This document shows, piece by piece, positions 1-11,968 of a stretch of 64,000 nt of DNA. The notes below the pieces were generated by a model. It did not search any database. It saw only the letters and a list, made by a program, of their open reading frames with translations, and was not told the DNA's origin. Source of the stretch: Diplonema japonicum (Eukaryota; Protista; Euglenozoa: Diplonemea); assembly GCA_964019335.1 (NCBI GenBank), contig OZ025675.1, positions 186,001-250,000 on the forward strand, written 5' to 3'. Numbering within the stretch: position 1 is the stretch's first letter; the number at the start of each line of letters is the position of its first letter. Made by a program: the position numbers and the translations under genes.

Positions 1-72
1 AAGCACCCTTTTTAGCATTTTCCTTTTTCTTTCTTTTTTTTTTTTTCTTCTTTTTTTTTTTTTTTTTTAAAA

Positions 73-504
73 CCATCTACCAACGAGCGTCTATACATAG
101 ACGATTTGAAAAAAAATATTTTGCGCAAAAAGACTTTTCAATGCAATACGGCCCGGCCACTTCTCGCTAGCCGGGGTCGTATTGCATTAATGCATGCGGT
201 GTACAGCTCAACCCCAGCCGGGGTCTCAGGTAACCAAGATTCTGCGCTCGTGCAGTTTGCTCACCCTGAGCATCTGCTTTATGATCTTCCACTCGGGCGC
301 TACCGGTGATGACCGACGAGGAGGTCAACAGCGACAACCACCACAAAAAAAAACGAAAAAAATAAAAAAAACGCCAGCCCAAATTTACCCTCGTCCCAAA
401 CGTTATATTCGGGTCATTGTCTCGAAAAAATAACAAAGGCAAATGCGGGCGTAAGTTTTGAAAAATTACCTGGGGCAAAAAACAAATGGTCCGTTGGTAG
501 ATGG
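73..504. mobile_element. piggyBac-like MITE
   Basis: 13-bp TIR CCATCTACCAACG / CGTTGGTAGATGG; TTAA at 505-508; left flank TTAAAA (imperfect TSD). Confidence 0.6.
190..280. repeat. Dispersed repeat R1 (also 2890-2992, 17298-17436, 51283-51380)
   Basis: Shared blocks TGCGGTGTRCA..CAACCCCAGCCGGGG, GATTCTGYGC, TCACCCTGAG; AGGCCAGTGTTGGTGGCGYCCTGCAC shared by the 17.3 kb and 51.3 kb copies. Confidence 0.65.
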
Positions 505-527
505 TTAAAAAAAAAAAAAAAGAGAGA

Positions 528-590
528 TGAGATAAAGGAGGTCCCAGTCTTGGAACGTCCCCCTTGTCTCTACTTATCTACCCCTTTCTC
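528..590. repeat. Dispersed repeat (second copy 45603-45661)
   Basis: GAGATAAAGGAGGT..AACG..CCTTGTYTCTACTTAT..ACC in both places. Confidence 0.55.
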
Positions 591-980
591 CCTTCTGGGG
601 CCTCGGCCTTTCTTTCTTTTTTGGCTGTGTTAAAAAAAAAAAAAAAAAGAAAAATGGCACTACACCGTTTATTTAAATACTGTGAAAAAAAAAAAAAAAA
701 AGAAGTTCGGACTGACAAATGTCCAACCCGTGCACCGGCCTCCTCGCGCTCAGTCCTGTTGTCCCCTTTCTGGGGCCTTTGGCGGGGTTTCGACAGGCAT
801 CTCGACTTCATTGTCTTCATTGAACACAGTAGAGTCGGCTCTGCAAGATTGCTTTCCTGTCTTACCCGTCTGTGGTACTGATGCAGCGCAGGAGACGCGC
901 CAGGGAAAAAAAAGTTAAAAAATTAAAACACAGAAAACCGATTCTGGACGCAGGGCATCTTGCTTTTTTACAGTAATTAA

Positions 981-1717
981 TAGCTATTTACTGCCAACAA
1001 GTAATGTTGTCATTACCGTTACCTCGAGGTTCCGCATTTTACCGTCGAGGGCCCGCAGGGCCCGAGATGGTAAAATGCGGAACCGAGAGGTCGGTAAAGC
1101 ATTACTTGGCGGTAGGTAAGTGGTTTTATTTCACGACACTCTGAAATTACTTCACCACGAGGGGCACAACAGGGTGACAAGGGGTACAACAAGAGAGGGG
1201 TTACAAAGGTTACAATACAAGTTGTTTTTCCTCCTTTTGTTGACTAAGAGCTGCCGCTGTCGCTGGCATTGCCACTGTCACCATCTCTTATCAGGCCTTC
1301 CCATACCTAGCGCGGCCGCTGGCTCCTTTTTTTCTGCTGCTTCGGTATTTTGAAGTCTTTTGGGGTGCTTGGGTAAGCTGACTAAGTTACCCTTACCCAC
1401 AGAAGAGTTACCCACAGAAACTGGGAACAAGGCCAAAAGTGGGCAAATTGGGAGGAAAAAGTAGTCCAACTTGGAACTGAGCCGAGGCAAAAGTGGCCAA
1501 TTGAGCTGAACCTGGGGGGAAATAGCAAGCTGAGAGGAAAAAGTAGCCCCACTGGGAACCGAACCGAGGCAAAAATTGGCCTACCGAGGCATATTATTTA
1601 ACGGAAACCCCCTATTACTTCACGGAAAACAGGCCATTATTTCACCGTGAAGTAATGAGATTTAGCGTGAAGTAATGGGCCCCCCAGTGCGTGAAGTAAT
1701 TTCTGAAGAGTGAAATA
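981..1717. mobile_element. Hairpin-headed non-autonomous element, family H1 copy 1 (Crypton- or Helentron-like)
   Basis: Starts TAGCTATTTA; long hairpin ~986-1117 centred on GGGCCCGCAGGGCCC; 1127-1165 is an imperfect inverted complement of the 3' end; second copy at 42043-42569. Confidence 0.65.
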
Positions 1718-1788
1718 AAAAAAAAAAAAAAAGGGGTAGCTGAAAAATCCTGCGCTTTACCGAAAGAAGGAAAAAAAAAATTCACTGT

Positions 1789-1817
1789 GATAGGAACGAA
1801 GTGGTTAGCAACGGCCC
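1789..1817. repeat. 29-30 bp dispersed motif R2 (also 8078-8107, 8171-8200)
   Basis: GATAGGAA(A)CGAAGTGGTTARCAACGGCCC three times. Confidence 0.8.
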
Positions 1818-2104
1818 GCCAAGGAAAAAAAAAAAAAAAAAAAAGGAATTTTTTTTTCCCCTTTTTTTTTTCCTTTTTTTTTTTCTCCCCTTCTTTGTTT
1901 TAATTGACAGAATTAAACAAAAAAAAAGAAAATTGAATTTTTTGAGTTGTTTGTTTTTTTTTTTTTTTTTTCCTTTCTTTTTTTTTGAAAAAAATTTTAG
2001 CAGAGCGTCAGAAAAAGAAATATAGATGTAAGGCTTTTCCATAAAAGAGAAACAGGAAAGTGGTTGAAAAAGCAGGCTTGTGAACATGGGGGGGGGGCAA
2101 ATTA

Positions 2105-2265
2105 ATTCTTTTCCTTTCTCTCTCTTTCCTTTCCTTTCCTTTCCTTTCCTTTCCTTTCTTTTCTTTTCTTTTCTTTTCTTTTCTTTTCTTTTCTTTTCTT
2201 TTCTTTTCTTTTCTTTTCTTTTCTTTTCTTTTCTTTTCTTTTCTTTTCTTTTCTTTTCTTTTCTT
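2105..2265. repeat. (CCTTT)n/(CTTTT)n microsatellite
   Basis: Direct pentamer tandem repeats. Confidence 0.95.
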
Positions 2266-4179
2266 TATTAGCACGGTGTTACAGTTGTACCTCATAAAGT
2301 GTTTTTGCAACACAGAAACTTCCTTTTTTTCCTCTTTGATAATTACAGAATAAAACACAGTTGATACTGTCCATCATAAAGAAACCTTTGTCTAGAATCA
2401 AGGAGAGAGGCACCAGTTTGGATGTAAAATTATATTCTTTTTCGCTAGTCTTTAGTTTTCTTTCAAAAAGAAGAGAAAAAAAAAAGAAACTGCTTGCATT
2501 TTCCGGAAAAGAGAGATTAGAAAGCAAAAAATATGATTGTTTTTCTCTACCGTATAATTTCTTTTTTCTTTTTTTTTTTTTTTTTTGGCTTTTAGGCACC
2601 GGGGGGGCTACGCTGCCCAAAAACAAAAATAAAAAAAAACGAAAACAAAAAATTAATTCTGGAACGGAAATAAATATGGATCAAACTGGGATTCTTTTTT
2701 TCTTTTTTTTTTCCCCGTCTCATGTTATACAGTATGTCAAAGTACCCATAAAATCTTCACTGAACCTTAACCGTGGGGGGGGGGGGGGGGGGGGGAAGAA
2801 CAGAACTGAAAGACAAAAAAAAAGAAAGAAAATAGGGCTTTAATTGAAAGTGGCGTTGAGAGGTTCTGAGTTCCGTGCCGTGTCCTTATACGTGCGGTGT
2901 GCAACGCAACCCCAGCCGGGGCTACTTCTGGTAAAAGCAAGATTCTGTGCTCTTGCAGTTTGCTGCCTGTTCGTCACCCTGAGCATCTGCGGTACATACT
3001 TCCTTGTTATTCACCACCTTAAAAAAAATGAAAGAAAACGAGATCTCTTTCAAAAAAAAAAAGGTCGGCTGGTTGTTTGTGCAAGCCGGACAAAAAAAAA
3101 AAAAAAAAAAAAAAAAGAAAACCAACTCTACCCCTCCACCTGGTGTCATTAGTTGTTTGAATAGTTGGAGGTTTCAGAAAAAAGAGTTGCAATTGGCTTT
3201 TTTATAATCTTTTTTTTTTTTACTTATAATTTATAACACCCTTTTCGTCAAATTTCTTGAGTTTTTTTTTTTTTTTTTCAACTCACTTTCAAGTGGGTTT
3301 TCATAATTAAAACGGGCCCCTGACGGTAAGTAGACATGAAAAAAAAAAAAGAAAGGCAAAGTGGCGAAAGGTGTGTATAAAAAAGAATGTTGAAAAGAAA
3401 AAAAAAACTGAACAAAAAATATGCACTCCGACTTAGAGTGTTAGCGAACTCCACCCCCCCCCCCCCCCCCCTCCAAGAAACTACTCTGAGGCTGCCTAGA
3501 ATGTGCACAATGAAATATGCAAAAAACTATGCGGCCGTCTTAACATAGTTTTCATTTTCTTCTTTTTCTTTTGCAGTAGCTGACAAAGATATGATCATTA
3601 TTATTTCTTCCTTTCTTTTTTTTTTCTTTTTTTTCTTCTTCCTTTTCTTTTCGTTCTTTTCTTTTTTATTCTTTATTAGGAAAGGTTGTTTGAGGGCGGT
3701 TCGCACGCAGAAATTAAAAAAAAAAAAAAAAAAAAAAATAGGCAGTAATATCTTTCTAATAGGAAGGTTTCTTTGCAGATAAACAAGAAGAAAGCAAAAA
3801 AAGCAAAAAACAAAAAAAAAAACATGTAAAACCGGAAAATCTTGTCAATTTTATCGTCACGAAGTTTATTGAAAAAGCTTAGCTAGAAAGGAGAAATCTA
3901 CCTGATCCATCGGTCGCTTGCGTTGAACGGTGAAGGGTGTTTTCGGGTATTTATAGCCATTCAACATCTTGGAGCGCATAGATTTTAACGGTTTTACAGT
4001 ATAAAAAGAAGAGAAAAAAATGAGGAGAAAAAAAAACATGGTCAGGTTTTTTTCTTTTTTTCCCCTTCTTTTTTTTTGTTCTTTTCTTTTCTTTTTGTTT
4101 TTCTTCTTCTCCCCCCCTTTTTTTTTGTTTCTTCTTTTTTTTATCCACAGTGATCTTCCCTTGAAAGGCGATCGTCAGG

Positions 4180-4211
<32 letters not shown>

Positions 4212-4919
4212 CCCCCCCTCCCATGTTATAAAATCTTCTTTTTTCATGTTTTCTTTCAAACTTCTTTTTTTTTTTTGTGTTTCTTCTGGTAATGCAGTAG
4301 CGCTGCTTTACTTTTTTTTTTCTTCTTTTTTTTTTTCGAAAATCCACATTTTTACGTTAAACCCATAGTCATCTTTAGTTTGCGTTTTGGAGAAAATTTT
4401 TCTTTTCTTTTTTCTTTTTCTTTTTCTTTTTTTTTTTTTTTTAATTCACCTCCGGATGGGAAGTGTTTCGAGACACCAATTATAAAAGAAAATTAAAAAA
4501 AACTATTTTCGTCGGGTGCAAACTGTGGGTGAAACCTTAAGGGGTATTTCGGTAAACAATGTTTGAATCACGAAGAGTCTTATTCTGTTTTTTTTCTTTC
4601 TGTCATTTCTTTTTTTTCTTTTGATTTAGAAGTTTACGAAAACGAAAAGAAAAGAGGAGAGAGGAGAGTGCAAGAGGCACTCGTGTTTTCGTTACTTAGA
4701 AAGGCTTGTGATACATAAACAATTTCAAACCGCGAGTTTGAAACGTAATCCTCCATAGGAAGGGGGGGAGGGGGGGCAAGAGAGAGGTCTGTTGCCCTCC
4801 TTCGTTCTTTCTTTTTCTTCTTTTGGCTTTCTTCAGGATTTTTGATTTGTGAAGGGGTCAGGGGTTCACCCTTCACTTTTTTTTTTTTTTTTTTTTTTTT
4901 CAAACGAGCGAAAAAGCCA

Positions 4920-4950
<31 letters not shown>

Positions 4951-5402
4951 CGAAACGTATGAATGACATCAGCCCCAGCCAAATCAACGTTACGAAAAAA
5001 AAAAAGAGGAAAAAAAAAGCAAGAAAAAGAAAAAAGAAAGGAAAAAGAAAAAAAAAAACTCTTTCATAACAAAGAGACTATTCTTATAACGCGATTTTCA
5101 ACTTGACATCCTTTTTTCTTCCTTTTTGATAACGAGCGTTTCTTTCTGTTCGTCACTAAAAAAAAAAGAAAGTTTTTCTTTGTTTTCTTTTTCTTCTTCT
5201 TTTTCTTTTTGTAACTTTAGCTGGAGCGCGATGTCATATTTTTCTCTCGTTTTTTCCCCCCCTTTCTTTTCTTCTTTTTCTGCCCCCCCATTTTTTCTTT
5301 CTTTCTTTCAAATAAAATAAAAATAAAAGGTTTTTTTTTAAATTTCACAAAGAGGTTTATCAAAAAAAAAAAAAAAAGAACAATTACTCTATAACCCACT
5401 CC

Positions 5403-7817
5403 TTACCAAGTCGCGGAGCGTGCACTTGACATTACAGCCCGCCCCTCTCTAATATTTCTCATAGCCCATTTCTGAATATCAGTGGGACGCGCAATCTTCG
5501 CGAGTGCAGGGCTTACACTCTTGTCGTTGCTCAACAAAACCCGTTTGAGTGCAGAGGCGATGGGGTCGATGCTGCACCCGGACTCTTCCAACTGGTACAT
5601 CCACTCTTCTTCGTTAATCTCCACAACCGCCCCGACCTCGTAAAGCAAGAGCATATTCTTAATACCAGCTACCTTCAACAAAGTTACTGCCGAAATACAA
5701 TATCTCCCTGCAACACCTTCTGCGACAACAGGCGGTACCAGGATCACCGAACGGGCTAGCGCGGATGACACACATTCTGACACCGAAGAAACGCCCTTTA
5801 GCTCGTGCATAGCAGGACCCTTCATCCCGAACCCTTTGTGAGTAGCAGACCCGAGGTTTCCCGCTAAAAGATCTCCGTGCGACACCGCCATGGCTGGGGT
5901 TGCAATTTGCAACACTCTTGCGGAAGAGGAAATCGCTTTGCAGAATGTGACGGCTCGGAGAATGGCGTCGGTACATCGGCTGCCGACATTCCACGTGAGG
6001 GTGAAGAGAAGAGGGTTTGAGACTGAGAACCCATGGGAGAGCCCTCTCGTCGCCAGAGCTGTCTCGTGAACAATCTCCACTAGACTCCCAAAGTCGTCTG
6101 GGAAAGAAGCGTAAAGCTGTTCAACAAACGACAGCCTCACCACCACACCCTTGTAGCTCTGCATTGATATCAACAGGTTCTGCCCTGCTGCCGCAGCCAC
6201 CGGTACTGTTCGTGACTGGCCTGACTTTTCCGTTGCTCGCGTGCTTCCAGAATTCGCGCTTTCAACATCATCAGTGTCATCGACGAATAAAGTGCTTGGA
6301 AGGTACGCCTTGTACTCCCTCAGACCCTTGATCGCCATGAGTAACCCATCAGTGACACGGGCCACCTCCTGCACCATTATAGGTTTGTACACCGCGTTCA
6401 TATGTGCCTCCGCACCGTCGAGCTCCATCGTCTCCAGATATTGGTTCCCAACAACAAGCTTTTCAAGAGGACGGGCGATCAGGGTCACCTCCAACACAGC
6501 AATGATAAGGTCGACCACGAAGATCACAACAGAGGCGATGATGAGCTGCACCAGTGCCGCGTACACCTTGTCGTTCACAGAGGACACGGAACGCATCCAG
6601 AGAAGCTCGAAAGTGGTGTCAGAGGCGGTATAGACATGGGTGAGTTGCAGGAAGTACTCCCCGCCTTCCAGCGATGTGTCAACGAAGTAGTCCTTCTTGT
6701 ACAATGGGGTGGTCTTGTTCACATCAGAAGCAGCGAAGTACTTCCCGTACTGCACGTGAATGCGCATGTTTGTGGAGGAAAGATCTGCGGTGAAGAAGGT
6801 CCCTCGGGGTCGGACCTTGGAGGAATTCACAGCATCGGAAACAGTGGGGCCGAGGTCATTGGGGTGCAGGACGCAATCAGCACCAGCGTCTTCCGTGCAC
6901 TGGAAACAATGGGTGAAACATTCGGTTTTGACAGCTGCTAAGCCGTCAAACAAGGTATGTGCGAAGACCTGACCTGCAGAAGGGTCCAGCACCACAAGCT
7001 CGGTGTTTGCTGTTTCGAATTCTCTGATGACAGATGTCCACGGTCTGAACATGAACCAGCTAATGAGAACGAGGTGGTACTTCCCTTCAGCCCATGGTGG
7101 GGTGTACCTTATCTCAAATGAGTTGTAGGCATAAGGGGACCCGTCTACTGAGTTCCAGAACATAGTTGGTGTCCATTTCCCTTCCATGGGTGTGTTTTCT
7201 ATATTTTCTATCTCGGATTTCATGTTGATATCCCACGTAACGTTGAGAACGGGGGGAGGCTCCGCTATTTCTGAAAAATGTACTTTGACGCCGGTATCAT
7301 TGTTCAAAGCAGTGAATTTTCGTTTCCAGTTTATTCCGTCGGGGGTCACAACAGGTTTTGTTGCTCCGGAGAACCAATATTCGTCTTCACCGCCTGAAGA
7401 ATTGAAGATTGGGTCGAACCACACTGTTCCTTTGCTGTATCCTTGGGGATCTTCAAAGGCGTTTCTAATTTTGGCAAGCGTGTAGCCGGTTGAGTAGAAT
7501 TCTTCGGATGACTTCAAGGAAGCGAATGCTTGGACACGATACACATTCTCGATGTGTTCCATGCCCATCGAGATGTTGAACACGTCATCCCTGTTGAATA
7601 GGAGGATGCCCTCGTTTGCATTTTTCCGTACTCTGTCTAGCATCCCTGATAGACGGAGCTTTGCACTCTTCGACGCCGCCGCACTGCTTTCTTCCACAGC
7701 AGAGCGAAGGACCGAGATACTCTCCGCGTACAGTAGATACCCTGCCAGGAGGGAGATGAAGGTGGACACAATCGTTGAGACGAAGATGATCAGCTTCGAT
7801 GGGATATGGAGCGGCAT
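5403..7817 (-). CDS. Two-TM receptor pseudo-adenylate cyclase, copy 1 (804 aa)
   Basis: Start at MPLHIPSKL shared with paralogues (upstream poly-K extension rejected); TM1, ectodomain, TM2, HAMP-like linker, LREYKAYLP helix, degenerate cyclase tail ending near EEWMYQL. Confidence 0.9.
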   Translation of the reverse strand: MPLHIPSKLIIFVSTIVSTFISLLAGYLLYAESISVLRSAVEESSAAASKSAKLRLSGMLDRVRKNANEGILLFNRDDVFNISMGMEHIENVYRVQAFASLKSSEEFYSTGYTLAKIRNAFEDPQGYSKGTVWFDPIFNSSGGEDEYWFSGATKPVVTPDGINWKRKFTALNNDTGVKVHFSEIAEPPPVLNVTWDINMKSEIENIENTPMEGKWTPTMFWNSVDGSPYAYNSFEIRYTPPWAEGKYHLVLISWFMFRPWTSVIREFETANTELVVLDPSAGQVFAHTLFDGLAAVKTECFTHCFQCTEDAGADCVLHPNDLGPTVSDAVNSSKVRPRGTFFTADLSSTNMRIHVQYGKYFAASDVNKTTPLYKKDYFVDTSLEGGEYFLQLTHVYTASDTTFELLWMRSVSSVNDKVYAALVQLIIASVVIFVVDLIIAVLEVTLIARPLEKLVVGNQYLETMELDGAEAHMNAVYKPIMVQEVARVTDGLLMAIKGLREYKAYLPSTLFVDDTDDVESANSGSTRATEKSGQSRTVPVAAAAGQNLLISMQSYKGVVVRLSFVEQLYASFPDDFGSLVEIVHETALATRGLSHGFSVSNPLLFTLTWNVGSRCTDAILRAVTFCKAISSSARVLQIATPAMAVSHGDLLAGNLGSATHKGFGMKGPAMHELKGVSSVSECVSSALARSVILVPPVVAEGVAGRYCISAVTLLKVAGIKNMLLLYEVGAVVEINEEEWMYQLEESGCSIDPIASALKRVLLSNDKSVSPALAKIARPTDIQKWAMRNIREGRAVMSSARSATW

Positions 7818-7884
7818 TTTTTCCTTTTTTCTCTTTTTTTTTTTTTTTTTTTTTCTTAAACACCCCAACAAGCCTACCTGTAAC

Positions 7885-7922
<38 letters not shown>

Positions 7923-8216
7923 GAGTGTATTTAGCGGTAAACCCTTGTTTTGTCCGTGCCTTGAAGGATAGACATTGGGACATCTCCTCAAAGTAAGGGA
8001 GTTGGTTTTGCAGTATTCGGGGTCAAGTTAGCAGTTTTCATTCTCAAAAAAAAAAAAAAAAGAACTATGTATACTATGATAGGAAACGAAGTGGTTAACA
8101 ACGGCCCACCGCCAGAGGGGGAAAAAAAAGAAAGGAGGAAAGAAAAAAAAAAAAAAAAGGAATTCACGATGATAGGAAACGAAGTGGTTAGCAACGGCCC
8201 AAAAAAAAAAAAAAAA

Positions 8217-8295
8217 CTAGTTTGGCGCTCCATTTGTTTGTGCGCACGAGCGGAATTTTACCTAATAAAATAGCTCATTACGCTGCCATCAACTA
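8217..8295. repeat. Short dispersed repeat R3 (partial copies 8913-8951, 11452-11515)
   Basis: CTAGTTTGGCGCTCCRTTTGTTTGTGCGCACGAGCGG..TTTTACCTAATAAAA..TAGCTCAT..GCCATCAACTA. Confidence 0.7.
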
Positions 8296-9776
8296 ATTTT
8301 TAGTCTCGACAATAAATATTGTTAAAACAAAAAAAAAAAAAAAAAAGAAAGAAAGAAAGTGATTGTTTGTGCAAGCCGTTTTCACCCGCTTTTTTATTCT
8401 TTCTTTTTTTTTTTTCTATTTTTTTTTTTCTTTGCAATATTATAATTCTTTTCGAAGCTTGTATACTTGTTGTTTGTGCATTGCCAGGGTTAACCTGGAT
8501 GACAGAATCTTTTTTATCTTTTATTTGTGTACTGCCAGGGTATACCTGTAGAAGGATAAGCCCAACAATGCTACCGCACTACTTAGTCGATGTGTTGTTT
8601 GTTTTTTTCTTGTTCAAGCAAAAAAAAAAAAAAATATATATGTCACAAAGACACGCAAAGAGTTCTTCTTAGAGGCCTTGGGATACTCGCTTGAGCCCAG
8701 TTGGTTTTCCTCTCCCCTTAGTTGGCTTTCATTGATACCTAGAAGAAAAAACCCGGGCCCTCTAGCGAAGAAATCAAAGAAAGGGGGGGAAGGGGGGGGG
8801 GGGGGGGGGGGGGGTAACTGTGAAAAGAACAAAACGCGCTCATTTTTTTCTTTTCTTTTTTCTTATCCTTGTAGAACATAAGTTTTTTCTTGAAAAAAAA
8901 AAAAAAAAAAAACTAGTTTGGCGCTCCGTTTGTTTGTGCGCACGAGCGGAAAAAAAAAGAAATTCTCAAAAACCCCTGCTGCTCAAATCTGACAGAAACA
9001 GCTACAAACTAGGGGGAAGCGTGACCTCATTAACAACAAAGTCCAAGGCGTGCCCCTAGAAAATCGCGAAATCTATCGAAATTTATCGCAGAAGCTATGA
9101 AATTCAAAACTCAAAAAAAAAAAAACGGGGGAAAGATGGCGTTTTGTTTTTTGCTCCCGATTCCTGCCTTCAGATATGAAACTGTAAAAGAAAAAAAAAA
9201 AAAAAAAAAAGGAGAGGAAACTAATTCTTTCATCAACTTAAGTCTCAACATGCACCTACGACAACTTGGGCAGGGTGCAGGGTCCGTTATACAAGCTTGT
9301 GACGGTCAGAAAACTGGAGAAGTTTATAAAACCCGAAACACGTTGCCAACGTTCCCCTAGTCTAGATTCAAGACTTCTTTTCAATATAATCTTCTTCTAT
9401 GGTAAATAATAAAAAAGAATTGTATTCAAAAGGTAATAAACAGCCTACGCTGGGAGGGGGGGGGGGGGGGGGGTGCCTTTTGACACCTGGGTTCTCATTC
9501 AACCCTGTTGCCCGGTAAAATCCCAGCTGAAATGCAATGGAAGGCATCTCACCTTCGGATGCAGTTTAGAGTCGTACCACTCACTTCACTGGACTGAAAA
9601 TCCTTTTTTTTTCTTCTTCTGACCCAGAAAAAAAAAAAGAAAAAAAAACTTGGCCTGGCCGCCTAGACGAAGAGAAAGGTTTAGAAGAGTTTTAAAAATT
9701 GCAGCCTCGTGCATCTGTAGGAGTTCGGTCAAAAAAAAAAACTGTTTGCTTTCAGCTGGGGGGGGGGGGGGGGGGG

Positions 9777-10411
9777 GGCGTACGCGTACGCAGCAAAATC
9801 TGAAAAAGTGCGTACGGCGTACGGCTGTGCGTACGGCTCCTTACACCTACAGGTACAGGCTACGGGTTAAAGGGCTTACGTTGGACAAGAGGGGCAAATG
9901 GGAGTGGGGCACAAAAATGGATAGAAGAGAGGGTGGGCGGCAGGCTTCATGCAAACACTTTTACACCCGATTCGTCTCCATCAGACGCTCTCTTTGTCAT
10001 CAGGATCAGGCGCCCTGATGCAGGTCTTCCAACGCCAGTTCTGCCGCACGCCAGTAGTCTCTCACAAACTGCGTGCAGGTGAAACTACGTTTGCTGAAGT
10101 AGAGTTTGACCTGAATTATATCTCTGACAAGAATCAGCTTTGTCAAATCCCAATGGCCGATCTTTGGGCCTTTGACCTTGAACGGACACCGCAGGCCTGA
10201 CCCAAAAGCCTCATGCCTATAAGTCGCAAGACACATGCCCGGTGACTATTGCCTTTGACTTTTCCTGAAGAATTAGAATTTTCCTGAAGACTTTCCAAAA
10301 TGAATGCCGTACGCAAAAAATGCGTACGCGTACGCAGCAAAATTAAAAAAAAGTGCGTACGGCGTACGTTCGAAATACGCGTACGTACGGCCGTACGCCG
10401 ACAACGTAGCC
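9777..10411. mobile_element. GGC-ended MITE, CGTACG family, copy A (left TIR truncated)
   Basis: Inverted copy of 20760-21363; right end CGTACGCCGACAACGTAGCC followed by CTAG; clustered CGTACG subterminal repeats. Confidence 0.8.
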
Positions 10412-10433
10412 CTAGGGGGGGGGGGGGGGGTCC

Positions 10434-10595
10434 GGCTATGCTGGCAAGAAATGCGTTTCCAAGCATTCTTTTTGAAAAATAAGGAAACGGAAACGTTTCC
10501 TTCCTTTGGGGCCGTTTCCTTAAGAAGGGAACACAAACGGCTAAGGAAACGGAAACGGAAACGGAAACGTTTCCCCGTTTCTTGCCAGTATAGCC
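10434..10595. mobile_element. GGC-ended MITE, GGAAAC family, copy 1
   Basis: TIR GGCTATGCTGGCA / TGCCAGTATAGCC; internal GGAAAC repeats; CTAG on right only. Confidence 0.8.
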
Positions 10596-11190
10596 CTAGG
10601 GGGGGGGGGGGGGGGGGGGTCAAAGGGGTCGAAATTAGGCCAAAAAAAAATCTTGCACATTTGTGACACAATGGCGCAAAAAACCACCTTAACCACCCCA
10701 AAGTCGCCTAAAAACCCATTTTTGGGCCGAGTTTCGACGAAATTAGCAAGTTGGCTACCCTAAAACGCCATTTTAATTTTTTGTGACAGAACCGGTACTT
10801 TGCTGCCCTCTACGCTGTACGCAAGAGGGCACAACTGCGCACTGACCTTTCAAGTAAGCTAAAGGATGACCTCAAAAAACTGGTTGATAATCGCAAGTTG
10901 GACACCTAAGGGGGCGAGACGGCACCAGAGCTGCATGGGCTACTCTTGGACGACATGCAGGACGATTTGTACCCGCTTGCTGCTCGTTCTGATGACTCTG
11001 ATAATGTGTGCACAAAATAGGATTCTGCATCACATAGAAGTCCACAAAAACCCCCAAATAGCGGCGGAAAGTTGTGTTTTTTAGCACCTGGGTGGAATTT
11101 TCGGGTATATTTCCCCAGGGGTGCGTTTCCCGAAAAACACGAATTTCGAGCTTTTTAAGGGGCGGTGCCCCCCCCCCCCCCCCCCCCTAG

Positions 11191-11363
11191 GGCTATGCTG
11201 GCAGGAAACGTGGAAACGTTTCCGTTTCCGTTTCCATACTTTTCAAAATTCTTATGGAAACGGCTTCCTTCTTAAGGAAACATAAGGAAACGTTTCCGTT
11301 TCCGTATCCGTTTCCCTTTTTTTCAAAAAATGCATGGAAACGCGTTTCCATGCCAGCATAGCC
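11191..11363. mobile_element. GGC-ended MITE, GGAAAC family, copy 2
   Basis: Perfect TIR GGCTATGCTGGCA; CTAG on both sides (11187-11190, 11364-11367). Confidence 0.85.
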
Positions 11364-11540
11364 CTAGGGGGGGGAGGGGGTAGTGAAGGGAGTGAAAAGG
11401 AAGATATATCGCAAAACTCTTTCTCTTTTCTTTTTTTTTTTTCAGTTGTTTTTTGTGCGCACGAGCGGGATTTTACCTAATAAAAAAAATAGCTCATCAC
11501 GCCTGCCATCAACTAAACAAAAAAAAAAACAAAAAAAAAT

Positions 11541-11968
11541 TTGATAAATTTCGGTGTGCGGGTGGGTGCTCACCGTTCAGGGAGAAATTCACACTAATCG
11601 GTCACCGTTCTGCGGTTGCTGTCTGGTGCCTGCGGTGGCTGTTTGTCGCGATGAGATGGCGGCATCTAGGCGAGAAACATTGCTTGGAGTCGTGCTAGGT
11701 AGGGGGGGGTTTGGCTCGAGGAGAAAAGTGGTCTCCTGTCGTAGCCGTGTGCCGTCGGGCCCCCAAGATGTCGAAGGGTGTGTACCCTTGTCTTTGCGTT
11801 GGCGGGGGAAAGCATTCTTCCCACTCTTTGCTGTGCATTTCTGAATACGTCCTAAGATGTATCGCATCCTTCCAGCCTTCTCTGTGAGCCAGTCCTGGTC
11901 GTCAAGGGGTCCAGCCAAGGACTGTCGGGTGGCCTGCTCATAGTCTACTGCGAGCTCCATCGTCGTGA
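11541..11968 (-). repeat. Dispersed ~430 bp coding-like repeat R5 (second copy 16724-17151)
   Basis: Both copies translate TTMELA(V/I)DYEQ..GPLDDQD.LTEKA.RMRYILGRIQKC with synonymous differences; a frameshift separates the copies. Confidence 0.7.

Noticed and set aside
7818-7991. N-terminal extensions of copies 1, 7, 9, the multi-TM gene and the VWA gene in the ORF track
   Set aside because: They start at non-ATG codons and run through homopolymer or UTR-like sequence; paralogues agree on the MPL start
9777-11363. CRISPR-like or iteron-like reading of CGTACG and GGAAAC repeats
   Set aside because: No repeat-spacer periodicity; explained as MITE subterminal repeats
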